Positions 1-8,776 of a stretch of 64,000 bases of DNA are shown piece by piece. The translations under genes were made by a program, and so were the position numbers. Position 1 is the first letter of the stretch; each line of letters starts with the position of its first letter. Origin of the DNA: a virus (lineage: Duplodnaviria; Caudoviricetes); IMG/VR virus record IMGVR_UViG_2636415863_000002, positions 1-64,000 of that record; one strand, given 5' to 3'. The notes under the pieces were generated by a model, which did no database searches, was not told where the DNA came from, and saw only the letters and a list, made by a program, of their open reading frames with translations.

Positions 1-414
1 CTACGGGGCTTCGGGGCCAGCGTCTCCGGCTTGCACGGCGGCTGCCGCCTCCAGCAGGGGCCAGCCGTCGACCTCCGCCGCCCGCCGCTCTTCTGGTTGC
101 CACCCACGGGCCAGCGCCACATCGAGCAGCGCCCGGACGGCGCCCGGCTCGTGCAGGTTCAGGTCTGCGCCCTGGGTGAAGCCCACGTCCCCGGAGCCAA
201 CGGGGGCCCCGCCCGGGACGTACCGGCCGGGCCCGTCGGCAAAGACAATGCGCAGCGGGCCGCCGGTGCCGGCCGGCTGCGGGGACAGCGTGAGGATTTG
301 GCGGCAGTCCACGGACCGACCGTCGTCGTCTCTTCGGTGACTGTGGCGCATCGTCCACATGTACAGGCGACCGTCAGCGACCAGCCGGCGGGGCTTCTTT
401 GAATGGCGAGGCAC
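1..414 (-). CDS. Hypothetical protein
   Basis: 137-aa ORF with plausible composition, divergent from the next gene. Confidence 0.6.
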   Translation of the reverse strand: MPRHSKKPRRLVADGRLYMWTMRHSHRRDDDGRSVDCRQILTLSPQPAGTGGPLRIVFADGPGRYVPGGAPVGSGDVGFTQGADLNLHEPGAVRALLDVALARGWQPEERRAAEVDGWPLLEAAAAVQAGDAGPEAP

Positions 415-482
415 GCAGCCGAGGGTACGCAGCCTGATCCGCGAGACAGCTGCCCGGTGTCGTCAGGTCGCATGACCACACC

Positions 483-503
483 TAGAATCGCACATGTGAA
501 CGA
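483..503 (+). promoter_or_regulatory. -10 box TAGAAT and overlapping LexA(SOS)-box-like site
   Basis: TAGAAT at 483-488; TCGCAC-ATGT-GAACGA at 488-503 resembles actinobacterial TCGAAC-N4-GNNCGA and covers GTG 496. Confidence 0.5.
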
Positions 504-822
504 TTTGCCACCGGATCTGAGCCGCCTCCGTACCCTGGAGACCTGGCTGCAGCTCACTCTCGACCGTGTCCGGCAGCAGATCGTCGTCGCCGAGCAGCGA
601 GCAGCTCAGCAGCAGCGCGCCATCCCTCCCCCGCCGCCGGACTGGGTGCTGCAGCTCAGCATCGGCGGCGAGGGGCGACCGATCGCGGTGCATGCTGGCG
701 GCTGCCCGAGCGCTGGCAGACGAGCTCGTCCCGTCTCGCGGGACCAGGCGATGCGCGCCCTCACCGAGGGCCTGGAGCCGTGCGCTCTGTGTCGGCCGGA
801 TACGGAGCTCGGCATCCTCTGA
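496..822 (+). CDS. DUF6233-like protein
   Basis: C-terminal HAGGC...CALCRPDTELG motif; GTG start chosen as leaderless start after TAGAAT. Confidence 0.7.
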   Translation: MNDLPPDLSRLRTLETWLQLTLDRVRQQIVVAEQRAAQQQRAIPPPPPDWVLQLSIGGEGRPIAVHAGGCPSAGRRARPVSRDQAMRALTEGLEPCALCRPDTELGIL

Positions 823-858
823 CCTGCGGGCCGCGGTCGGGCGGCGCACGCTTGGAGG

Positions 859-1089
859 ATGGGAGGCCGCGCGCCGATCGTCGTACACCAGCTGTCCGCC
901 ACCGGCGGCCGCCGGGTCGTCGCCCGCGGGCAGATCCTCGGTCTGGCCTACTCGGATGCCGATCTCGTCGAGTTCCTGCGTCGCGCTGGGGTCGAGGAGC
1001 CTGAGCGGATCCTCGACGACGACGCGTGGGTGGAATGGCGCGGAGGCCGACCGCACGACTACGGCGGGCCCGACCTCCACAGCATCTGA
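859..1089 (+). CDS. Small hypothetical protein
   Basis: 76 aa, GGRRV...ILGLAYSDADLVEFLRRAG...VEWRGG pattern of small streptomycete proteins. Confidence 0.65.
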   Translation: MGGRAPIVVHQLSATGGRRVVARGQILGLAYSDADLVEFLRRAGVEEPERILDDDAWVEWRGGRPHDYGGPDLHSI

Positions 1090-1099
1090 CGGCTTCGGC

Positions 1100-1474
1100 C
1101 TACTCGCCCCCGAAGGCGCTCTCATCGTCGGCCTCGCGCTTCGCCAAGCCGTCGGCATGCCCCTGCAAGAACAGGTGCGCAAACGAGGCGTTGCCGGAGA
1201 AGGGGCCTTCAACTCGGGCAGCAGCGACGACCATCCCCACTACGGAGTCCAGGGAGTACAGCGTCACCTTCTCCGTCTCCCGCGAGGGCAGCTCAGCCGG
1301 TTGATGAAGGATCTTCTGAGCTTGAAGCCAGGCTGAGATATCAGCCGATCGTGGCTTGCTGAGCTTGTCCCAGCTGGGGTCGAAGCGGTTACGGAGCCAC
1401 GCCATCGTCTCCCGGGCGATGCCGTTTTGCGCCTTGAGGTGCGCAAGGATCTCCGGACGTCGCGTCGTCGTCAT
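1100..1474 (-). CDS. Hypothetical protein
   Basis: 124-aa ORF with GGAGG RBS upstream. Confidence 0.55.
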   Translation of the reverse strand: MTTTRRPEILAHLKAQNGIARETMAWLRNRFDPSWDKLSKPRSADISAWLQAQKILHQPAELPSRETEKVTLYSLDSVVGMVVAAARVEGPFSGNASFAHLFLQGHADGLAKREADDESAFGGE

Positions 1475-1819
1475 GGTTCCCCTCCTGTGATGTGGACGGC
1501 GAGTCTGCCAGCCCTTGTACCTGGGGGGCCGACAATCACATCAGCTCCACCGAAACGGGCGAGAGCGAGTAGCGCATAACGTTCCCCTATGCGTCGCGCC
1601 CGCTGGGCTTGAGCCGCGCGGCGAGCTTGGAGGCAAGGCTGTAGGCCAGTGGCCGTCGAGCTGGCATCCGGCCCGGCCAACCCATAAGACGCGCCAACAG
1701 AGTCAGCTCACCAACCTCATGGCTCGCCTCATTCACGTTCTGGCAACATCCCTGCGCGCTCCGTATGCAACTGCCATCCTTGGCCGCACGCAACTACCGC
1801 ACTGCCAAGGGGGGGCCTC

Positions 1820-2341
1820 ATGCGCCGTATCGTCCTGCTCGTCCCCGCTGTCCTGCTCGCCACCGCCTGCAGCAGCGGGACGTCCAAGCCATCCGTACAC
1901 GCCCACGATCCGGTGGGGACCCCGGCCGCATCCACTCGGGACGCCGCTGGCGTGTTCAAGGCACTCGCCGGCGCGGTGCCTACCGCGAAGATGGCGTGGA
2001 CGGCGACCGCGGCGAACGATCCGAACCACTTGCTCGGGCGGCCGAATCAGTACACGTCGAAGATTGCGTTCGCGGACTCGCAGATCCCGGCCAAGGACAC
2101 CGAACCCGGCGGTGCCAAGATGTACAAGACGGGTGACGTGCAGCTCGGCGGAAGCGTGGAAGTCTTCTCCAGCCCAGGCGACGCTGCGGCCCGCACCAAG
2201 TACGTGGCCGCGGTGACCAAGACCGTGCAGTGGTTCGCCGAGTACGACTACCAACACGGCGACATCGTCCTTCGGCTCTCCCATCTCCTCACCCCGGACC
2301 AGGCCGCCAAGTACAAGGCTGCACTCGACAAGCTCGGCTGA
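1820..2341 (+). CDS. Putative lipoprotein
   Basis: Signal peptide MRRIVLLVPAVLLATA-C with lipobox Cys. Confidence 0.75.
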   Translation: MRRIVLLVPAVLLATACSSGTSKPSVHAHDPVGTPAASTRDAAGVFKALAGAVPTAKMAWTATAANDPNHLLGRPNQYTSKIAFADSQIPAKDTEPGGAKMYKTGDVQLGGSVEVFSSPGDAAARTKYVAAVTKTVQWFAEYDYQHGDIVLRLSHLLTPDQAAKYKAALDKLG

Positions 2342-2402
2342 CATCGAGCCGGTAATCGTGCCGCCGCCCCGCGCGCCTCGCGGCGATCCTGCCGCTGCGG
2401 CC

Positions 2403-2436
2403 CTGACTCCTGATAATCTTTATTCTCTGGAGTCAG
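2403..2436. promoter_or_regulatory. lox-like 34-bp recombination site (13-8-13)
   Basis: CTGACTCCTGATA-ATCTTTAT-TCTCTGGAGTCAG; 11/13 arm positions complementary; 26 bp upstream of the recombinase ATG. Confidence 0.65.
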
Positions 2437-2462
2437 AATAGGGCGGTATCAAGGGGGAGTTC

Positions 2463-3500
2463 ATGACCGAGATCGAGCACTACACACCAGCCGCCCCACC
2501 CGCCGTCCGGCAACTGTCCCCCGAAGCGCAGGCGGCCCTCGCCGCCGGCCGCGCCGACTCCACCCGCCGCGCCTACGCGGAGGATCGCTCGGCGTACCTC
2601 GCATGGTGCGCCGAGCGTGGCGAGCAGCCGTTGCCCGCGTCACAGGATCTGCTCGTCGAGTACGTCACGCACCTGACACTCACGCCGCGCCCCCGCACGG
2701 GCCGCCCGTCGGCGCCGAGTTCCCTAGAGCGGATGCTGTCCGCAATCACGACGATGCACGCAGAGCTGGACCTGCCGAAGCCGGTGACGAAGGGCGCCCG
2801 AACGGTCATCGCGGGCTACAAGCACAAGCTGGCCCTCGACAAGAAGCCCGGCGGCAAGCAGCGCCAGGTCAAGCCCGCACTGCCGCCCGCGCTGCGGAAG
2901 ATGCTCGACGCCCTCGACCGGGACACGCTCATCGGAAAGCGTGACGCAGCCATGCTGCTACTCGGCTACTCGGCGGCCACCCGCTCCTCGGAGCTGGTCG
3001 GCCTCGACATCGGCGAGCCGGTCGAGTGCGACGAGGGATACCTCGTGTCGATCTACCGAGTGAAGATGAAGAAGTTCACCGAGTCGGCCATCCCCTATGG
3101 GAAGAACCCAGCGACCTGCCCCGTTCGGGCCCTGCGCTCACTGATCGCCGCCATGCGGGAGGCGGGCCGTACCGAGGGGCCGCTGTTCGTGCGGATCGAT
3201 CGACACGGCCGCATCGCGCCGCCGATGGTGCGGCATGGCAAACCGATCGGTGACCCGTCCGGCCGGCTCACCGCTGACGCGGCATCGGACGTGATCGAGC
3301 GACTGGCGGAGGCGGCCGGTTTCATGGGTCGTTGGCGCGGTCACTCCCTACGCCGGGGCTTCGCCACCGCAGCCCAGCGCGGAGGCGCACCGATGGTCCG
3401 GGTTGCGAGGCAGGGCGGATGGGCGGACAACTCGACCTCCCTGGCACGGTACTTCGACGAGGGAGACCCCTGGGAGGACAACCCCGTCACCGGCCTGTAG
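2463..3500 (+). CDS. Cre-like tyrosine recombinase
   Basis: 345 aa; RDAAMLLLGYSAATRSSEL, GHSLRRGFAT and GGW...LARY catalytic motifs; no arm-binding domain. Confidence 0.9.
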   Translation: MTEIEHYTPAAPPAVRQLSPEAQAALAAGRADSTRRAYAEDRSAYLAWCAERGEQPLPASQDLLVEYVTHLTLTPRPRTGRPSAPSSLERMLSAITTMHAELDLPKPVTKGARTVIAGYKHKLALDKKPGGKQRQVKPALPPALRKMLDALDRDTLIGKRDAAMLLLGYSAATRSSELVGLDIGEPVECDEGYLVSIYRVKMKKFTESAIPYGKNPATCPVRALRSLIAAMREAGRTEGPLFVRIDRHGRIAPPMVRHGKPIGDPSGRLTADAASDVIERLAEAAGFMGRWRGHSLRRGFATAAQRGGAPMVRVARQGGWADNSTSLARYFDEGDPWEDNPVTGL

Positions 3501-3760
3501 GCAGCGCGAGTTCCTCGATCAGGGGATTCCAGACCGTGGCGACCTCGATCAAGTCGGGGCCTTCGCTGCCTCCGGAGTGGACGGTGACACGCTTTGTCTC
3601 CGTCCACGACTCCGCCCCCAACCACTGGGCACGGCTCATCCAGGACGACACTCCAAGGAGCCAACCCGCGGCCGTGCTTGTGCAGTGAGCGGCGTGACCG
3701 GCCGGACAATCGCTACGCGGGCCGCGATCCCTCTAAACTGCGGCCCGGCAGCCAGCGCCG

Positions 3761-4123
3761 CTACGCGTTGTGCGCCTTCCAGACCGCGTCACGCTCGTTC
3801 TCCCACATTCGCCCGCCCTGACGCCCACGGGAGAACGGGGGTTGGGCGGCAAGCTCATAGAACCCTTCGGCCGGTACACCGAACCCCTGGGTGACGACGA
3901 GAGCCGAGAGCATCGGCAACCGTCCGTCGGGGTTGTCGAGCCTAGAAACGTCGGCTAGTAGGTAGCGCATGACGTCGCCGTGAGGCGACACGTCGTAGCC
4001 GTCCTGTCTGAGGGCAGCGCTGAGTTCCCCATACTTGATCGTCCGGCGCTCGCGCGCTCGTTCGCGAACGATCCGGGCAGCCGCATCGACCGCGTCCAGG
4101 TACACAGGGTCAGATCTCTTCAC
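3761..4123 (-). CDS. Hypothetical protein, possible winged-helix fold
   Basis: 120 aa, TIKYGEL...PMLSALVV...PAEGFY pattern; GGGAGG RBS. Confidence 0.6.
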   Translation of the reverse strand: MKRSDPVYLDAVDAAARIVRERARERRTIKYGELSAALRQDGYDVSPHGDVMRYLLADVSRLDNPDGRLPMLSALVVTQGFGVPAEGFYELAAQPPFSRGRQGGRMWENERDAVWKAHNA

Positions 4124-4179
4124 GGTCCCTCCCTACCCGCCCCGGACTCTGGCAGCCATGACGCCCGGATTGCTCCTCC

Positions 4180-4611
4180 TCAATTTTTGCGTTCAGGGGT
4201 GCTGGCCTGGGCCTGCTGCTGCCAGCAGGGACGCGTGATGGTGTTCGCCCCGACGTGTCGTTCCAGCAGCCAGCCGCAGTCCCGTGCGAGCAGTTGCACG
4301 TGCACGAGTGCCGCGAACGGCTCGTGGGACAGAGGCTGTTCAGCCTCCCGAATGATGCCGTCCAAGCGGGCAGCCCGCTGGTACCAGGCGGTGTCCCCCC
4401 GCCACAACGAGTCTGCGTCGCTGCGGGCCGGCGGGAGCAGCAGGGCGACGTGGCCGCGCAGCATCTCGTGGAGTGCGGTCATCGCCTCGAGGTCGAGGGG
4501 GCCCGAGCCGAGCGCCTGCACCTCGCGGATCGTGTCGCTGATCGTGTCCGTGTCGATCGGGAGGTCAGGCGTCGGTTTCGTCGTGACGCCTCGGTCGGTG
4601 CGAGAGTTCAC
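4180..4611 (-). CDS. DUF6415-like protein
   Basis: LHEMLRGHVALLLP...VQLLARDCGWLL pattern; GTGA overlap with upstream gene. Confidence 0.6.
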   Translation of the reverse strand: MNSRTDRGVTTKPTPDLPIDTDTISDTIREVQALGSGPLDLEAMTALHEMLRGHVALLLPPARSDADSLWRGDTAWYQRAARLDGIIREAEQPLSHEPFAALVHVQLLARDCGWLLERHVGANTITRPCWQQQAQASTPERKN

Positions 4612-4802
4612 CGCGGCCTGCGGGCGCTGTGCCGTGGGCAGGCGACGATGAACCAGACGCGCCGGCCGCCTTCGACTGGAGTGGTGACAGATCCTGCTGG
4701 TGTGAGGGTTCCGTTCGCCGCTCCGCACCAGTAGCACGCCTCGCCATGCAGGCGGACGATGCTGACGTCTGGGTCCGCGGGTGGAGCTGTCGCTGTGGTC
4801 AC
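4608..4802 (-). CDS. Small Cys/His-containing protein
   Basis: CYWC...CPRH motif; GGGAGA RBS before GTG. Confidence 0.55.
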   Translation of the reverse strand: MTTATAPPADPDVSIVRLHGEACYWCGAANGTLTPAGSVTTPVEGGRRVWFIVACPRHSARRPR

Positions 4803-4884
4803 GCTGTCTCCCTGCGTGGGTGGCTGGCTCAGGGAGATGTTCGGCAGTCGGGGATGCCTCAAGTACCCCTGTGAGGGGTAGCAG

Positions 4885-6072
4885 TCAGCTGCTCGCGTGG
4901 CACCACTCGGCGAAGTTCGACAAGCTCTCGGCGTCCGCGCGCTTCAGCCGGCGCAGGGTAGCTGCGTCTTCCCGCACCCATCGGTGCTCCCGGGCGTGCT
5001 GCGGCGCGATTCTCCTCGCGACCTTCAGTGACTCGAATGCCGCATCGGGGCGACCGGACCAGAGCTGTGCGCGACCGAGTTCGATGTAGAAGCCGGAGCG
5101 TCGCTCAGCCGGTAGTTCACGGGGCGGCTTCCACTCGCGAGCCAGCTGTAGCGCCCTGCCCAAATAGTCGTCGCCGAGGCTCACGGCCACAGAGACCTCG
5201 TGTACGCGGACGCTGTCCGGCCCGAACGCGGTCCCCTGGTAGATGCCCTCCTGTAGTCGGTCGCCGAGGGCCCGCGCATCGTCGAGGTGGTCGACTGCCG
5301 CATTCCCGTTGCCGGCCCGGCCGGCGACCACCGCGGCCCGCATGTGCAGTGCGCCGCGAACCGCCAGGGCTCCGGGCTGAGCGCTGCGGGATGCGTTGTC
5401 CAGGGCCTGTTCGAGGGCGCGCAGACCAACAGCATGCGTCCGAGCAGAGAAGAACACCTCGGTTCGGACGTAGGCCACGGTCGCGTCGAGGAGCGGGTCG
5501 TGGGCTTGGGGCGCAGCCCATCGCATGAGGTCGATCAGGCGCGCCGAAAGATCCTTTGCCCCGCGCTTGAAGGCAACAGCGTCCGCGGCCCGGCAGGCGT
5601 CCACCAACAACCGTGCCACCGCGGGCCGGTGGGCAGGCGTCGCGGTGTGCAGGGCGCGGCACAGCTCCGTGAGGAGAGCTGGCGCTGTGCGGGCAATCCG
5701 TGAGTATTGGGCGTTCAGTCGGTGCGCTATGGCCGTTGCGACAGCGTCGCCGAGGGCCGGCAAATCCCGGCACGGCCCATCGGCCGGCGCCTCGTACTGG
5801 GCGAGGACGGCGGAGAGCCCCGGCATGGCCTGGTGTACGCGTTCGTCAGGGCGTTCCGTGCCGGGGAGCATGCGGGTTGGGTCGATATCAAGTGCGTCCG
5901 CGAGGGCGGTCAGGACAGCGTCGGATGCGCCGCGTTCACCGCGTTCGATCTTCCTGATGGTGCCGAGTGCGACTCCCGCGGCACGCGCGAGGTCGTCTTG
6001 TGTAAGGCCGTGGATGCGTCGTTCGTAGGCGATGCGTGGGCCTACCCCGCGGTACACGATGCTGGATGCCAT
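4885..6072 (-). CDS. XRE-family HTH regulator with C-terminal helical (TPR-like) domain
   Basis: RRIHGLTQDDLARAAGVALGTIRKIERGER HTH. Confidence 0.85.
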   Translation of the reverse strand: MASSIVYRGVGPRIAYERRIHGLTQDDLARAAGVALGTIRKIERGERGASDAVLTALADALDIDPTRMLPGTERPDERVHQAMPGLSAVLAQYEAPADGPCRDLPALGDAVATAIAHRLNAQYSRIARTAPALLTELCRALHTATPAHRPAVARLLVDACRAADAVAFKRGAKDLSARLIDLMRWAAPQAHDPLLDATVAYVRTEVFFSARTHAVGLRALEQALDNASRSAQPGALAVRGALHMRAAVVAGRAGNGNAAVDHLDDARALGDRLQEGIYQGTAFGPDSVRVHEVSVAVSLGDDYLGRALQLAREWKPPRELPAERRSGFYIELGRAQLWSGRPDAAFESLKVARRIAPQHAREHRWVREDAATLRRLKRADAESLSNFAEWCHASS

Positions 6073-6135
6073 ACTTTCTCCGTTCGGTGCAGCCACTCCG
6101 AACCGTACCCGCGCCGTCACGCGCAGGCACGAAAA

Positions 6136-6166
6136 CGGCCCCGCCCGCATGACGCGGACGGGGCCG
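6136..6166. terminator. GC-rich hairpin between HAD and XRE genes
   Basis: CGGCCCCG...CGGGGCCG inverted repeat followed by TTTT on the minus strand. Confidence 0.5.
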
Positions 6167-6176
6167 TGCAGTTGAC

Positions 6177-6818
6177 TCACTGCGGCCGGAGCACCTCAAC
6201 CAACTCCGCCAAGTCCTGGATCCGCCAGTCCGCGGCCCGTGCTTCCTCGCTGCCTGCCCAGAGATACCCGAGCGGGCCACGGCGCAGGTGCGCAGTTCGC
6301 AGACCGGCGGCGCGCGCTGGCGTCACATCGTTCTGCGGATGATCGCCGACGTACAGCACCTCGTGCGCCGGGACGCCGGCCAGCTCCACGGTTCGTGCAA
6401 AGAACTCGTGCGAGGGTTTGGCTACACCCCATTCCCCGGACACGGCCACAGCATCTACCGGCAGGTCGAGCCGGCGCAGCAACTCCGCCGCCCGACACGT
6501 CTGGTTACCGGCCACGACCACACGCACCCCCATGTCCCGCAGTGCGGCGAGGGACGGCCGGACGTCCGGGTACAGGTCCGACTCGTCCAGGGCTTCACCG
6601 CGCCCGGCGCGCTCCATGGCCGCCCGCTCGACCTCAATGTCGATGCCCGGCCGTACCAGCCGCAGCGCGTCGGCATTGTCCCGGCCCTGCGCCACCACCG
6701 CGCCGACCAGAGCAGACAGGGTGTGCCGATTGACGCCGAGCCAGTCGGCCCATGCCGCCCACCCGCGGTCATCCTTGATCAGAGTCTCGCCGACGTCGAA
6801 TGCCACTGCACGGATCAT
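6177..6818 (-). CDS. HAD-family hydrolase
   Basis: AVAFDVGETL motif I, KPS, YVGDHPQND motif IV. Confidence 0.9.
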   Translation of the reverse strand: MIRAVAFDVGETLIKDDRGWAAWADWLGVNRHTLSALVGAVVAQGRDNADALRLVRPGIDIEVERAAMERAGRGEALDESDLYPDVRPSLAALRDMGVRVVVAGNQTCRAAELLRRLDLPVDAVAVSGEWGVAKPSHEFFARTVELAGVPAHEVLYVGDHPQNDVTPARAAGLRTAHLRRGPLGYLWAGSEEARAADWRIQDLAELVEVLRPQ

Positions 6819-6881
6819 GTGAGCAGCCTACGGGCGGGCAACTCGCACGCATTTGTCAGAGGCTGGTCGTAGGCTTCACGT

Positions 6882-7037
6882 ATGGCAATCCCCTGCGTAC
6901 CCGACGCCACCGACGTGGCCAACGAGCGGATACGCGAGTTCATGGCCGCCCGCGCAGGCCGACCCCTTTGGCCTGAGGAGGAGGCCGAGGAGTACGAGCA
7001 GCTGCTCGCCGCGTGGGCGGAAGCGGCCCGCCGCTGA
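6882..7037 (+). CDS. Small hypothetical protein (51 aa, not in ORF track)
   Basis: Manual translation MAIPCVPDATDVANERIREFM...EEYEQLLAAWAEAARR. Confidence 0.5.
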   Translation: MAIPCVPDATDVANERIREFMAARAGRPLWPEEEAEEYEQLLAAWAEAARR

Positions 7038-7046
7038 GACCACGAA

Positions 7047-7074
7047 GCGCCCCGCCTCCGAAGAGGCGGGGCGC
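7047..7074. terminator. Hairpin ending the late operon, probably bidirectional
   Basis: GCGCCCCGCCTC-CGAA-GAGGCGGGGCGC perfect 12-bp stem between convergent genes. Confidence 0.7.
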
Positions 7075-7078
7075 GGTT

Positions 7079-7729
7079 CTATTGCCGTCGACGGTCGAGG
7101 ACGGTGGGCGGTGTGGTGGTAGGGCTCGGGGAGGGCGAAGGTGCCCCGTCACGGCGGCAGACGAGCGCGTCAGGGTCGTCGGCTGGCGGCTGGAGGCTGT
7201 ACCCGTCTGGGCAGGTTTGGCCGTCCGCGCCATCGCGGCCGTTCTGGCCATCCTTCCCCGCGGGGCCTGGCTCGCCCTGCGGCCCTTGTGGTCCCTGCGG
7301 GCCGGGTGTTCCCGCGGCACCGGGGGATCCGTCCTTGCCCGGCTGCCCTGCGGATCCGTCGTTTCCGGACGCGCCGCCGGCTCCGGTCTTGCCGGTATTG
7401 CCATTGGCTCCGGTCTTGCCGGGTGGCCCGCTCGGGCCGGTCGGGCCTGGCTCGCCCTGCGGGCCGCGGGGCCCCTGAGGACCGCGTACCGCCGGGCCCG
7501 GCGCGCCGCGGCTGCCAGGCGGCCCCGCTACCGGCTTGTGGCCGAGCTGCTGCACTTGCCGGGCCAGGGCATCACGCGCCTCGTTGGCGGTGGCCAGGTC
7601 CCGGGAGAGGCCGATGGTTTGCACTGCCAGCCAGACCAGAAAAACCAGCACCAGCAGTGCAGTTGCCGCGCCGAGAGCCTCAGCGCTCGGCAGGCGGCGG
7701 ATCCGGCGGGCTCCATGCTGGGCGCTCAT
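7079..7729 (-). CDS. Membrane-anchored collagen-like protein
   Basis: N-terminal TM helix, short coiled coil, long Gly-X-Y run, C-terminal Cys pair; ATGA overlap. Confidence 0.85.
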   Translation of the reverse strand: MSAQHGARRIRRLPSAEALGAATALLVLVFLVWLAVQTIGLSRDLATANEARDALARQVQQLGHKPVAGPPGSRGAPGPAVRGPQGPRGPQGEPGPTGPSGPPGKTGANGNTGKTGAGGASGNDGSAGQPGKDGSPGAAGTPGPQGPQGPQGEPGPAGKDGQNGRDGADGQTCPDGYSLQPPADDPDALVCRRDGAPSPSPSPTTTPPTVLDRRRQ

Positions 7730-8076
7730 TTCGCCACCACCGCCCACACCGCTATCGCTGACGTCAACAGCGTCATCAAGATGGGTACGATCATCTGGTA
7801 GAGGCGCGCCTGCCGGTCCCGTTCGCGCCGGTCCCGTTCCGCGAGCTGGTACTGCTCAAACTCTCGCTCCAGGGCCTCGCGGGCGTCGATCGCCTTCTGT
7901 AGATTCTGACTGAGGGCCGTTAGTCGCTGGTCGGTGTACGCCTGCTGGAGTGTGTACACCTCGGTCGATACGACTTTGTCCAGGCGCGCGTTGATGCCCT
8001 GCGCCATTGCCTGGATTTCTTGCCGCAGGGAGGCGACCGCGCGCCCGAGCTCGCCGGGAGTCAGCTCGTCGGGCAC
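7726..8076 (-). CDS. Coiled-coil protein with C-terminal TM helix (lysis-associated)
   Basis: Hydrophobic C-terminus; position after holin. Confidence 0.7.
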   Translation of the reverse strand: MPDELTPGELGRAVASLRQEIQAMAQGINARLDKVVSTEVYTLQQAYTDQRLTALSQNLQKAIDAREALEREFEQYQLAERDRRERDRQARLYQMIVPILMTLLTSAIAVWAVVAK

Positions 8077-8093
8077 GAGTCGCTCCGGTCAGG

Positions 8094-8417
8094 TCAGGCG
8101 CCCTGCGGTTCCTGCGGAACCGCGCGGCTGCTAGACGATGTTCCGACCTCAATGCCGGGTGCGATCCCGGAGGGCCGCCACAGCGTGTGGTAGGCGACGC
8201 CGATTGCGACCGCGGCCGTCAGCATGCAAGTTGTGATGGTCTGCCCGTGGAACTGGTCGTTGAGGTACGCGGTTCCGAGGCCGACAAGTACCGCCCACAC
8301 GAGCATGATGAGGGCCTTCAGCGGGCCGGCAAACCGCGGCTGCTGGACGATGGCGATGACGGGCGGGGACAGGTAGCCGAGGGCCGCCGCCCAGAGCTGA
8401 GCATCGGTGAGCTGCAT
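8094..8417 (-). CDS. Putative holin
   Basis: 107 aa with 2-3 hydrophobic helices in the lysis cassette. Confidence 0.7.
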   Translation of the reverse strand: MQLTDAQLWAAALGYLSPPVIAIVQQPRFAGPLKALIMLVWAVLVGLGTAYLNDQFHGQTITTCMLTAAVAIGVAYHTLWRPSGIAPGIEVGTSSSSRAVPQEPQGA

Positions 8418-8428
8418 GATCGATTCTC

Positions 8429-8776
8429 CTAGACGGGTTGAGCCAGTTGGCGGCAGCCGATGACGGTGCCGGAGCTGTTGCGCACCTCGCGGTAGGGCAC
8501 CAGCAGGTCGTTGCGCCCGCTAGGGGCTAGCGAGAGTGCTACGACGAGGGACACCACGTACCGAGCCCCGTCGCGGCGGGGCGGGAGATTGTGTGCATGT
8601 CCGTACTCCACAAGCTCGGTTCCGTCCCACTGCGTGCCCAGTTCGATGGTCGCCAGCCGAGCCGGCGCGCCCTCCGGCTCGATGACGGTCCGCAGGTGCA
8701 GGTCGAGGTCGTCTATGCCGTCCTCGCGCTCCGCGTCGTACAGACGGATCGGGTGCGGAGTCAGGTTGAGGATCAC
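8429..8776 (-). CDS. NLTPH-motif protein (possible Crn4-like ring nuclease)
   Basis: MILNLTPHPI...YVVS...RNDLLVP...VRNSSGTVIGCRQL; GTGA overlap with endolysin stop. Confidence 0.55.
   Translation of the reverse strand: MILNLTPHPIRLYDAEREDGIDDLDLHLRTVIEPEGAPARLATIELGTQWDGTELVEYGHAHNLPPRRDGARYVVSLVVALSLAPSGRNDLLVPYREVRNSSGTVIGCRQLAQPV

Noticed and set aside
1568-1597. dif/Xer-like palindrome GTAGCGCATAA-CGTTCCC-CTATGCG
   Set aside because: Left arm resembles an XerC arm, but the spacer length is wrong, the right arm is not XerD-like, and it does not match the 2403 site
2463-3500. Prophage integrase marking attL/attR
   Set aside because: No arm-binding domain, no adjacent tRNA or host gene; accessory genes continue on both sides
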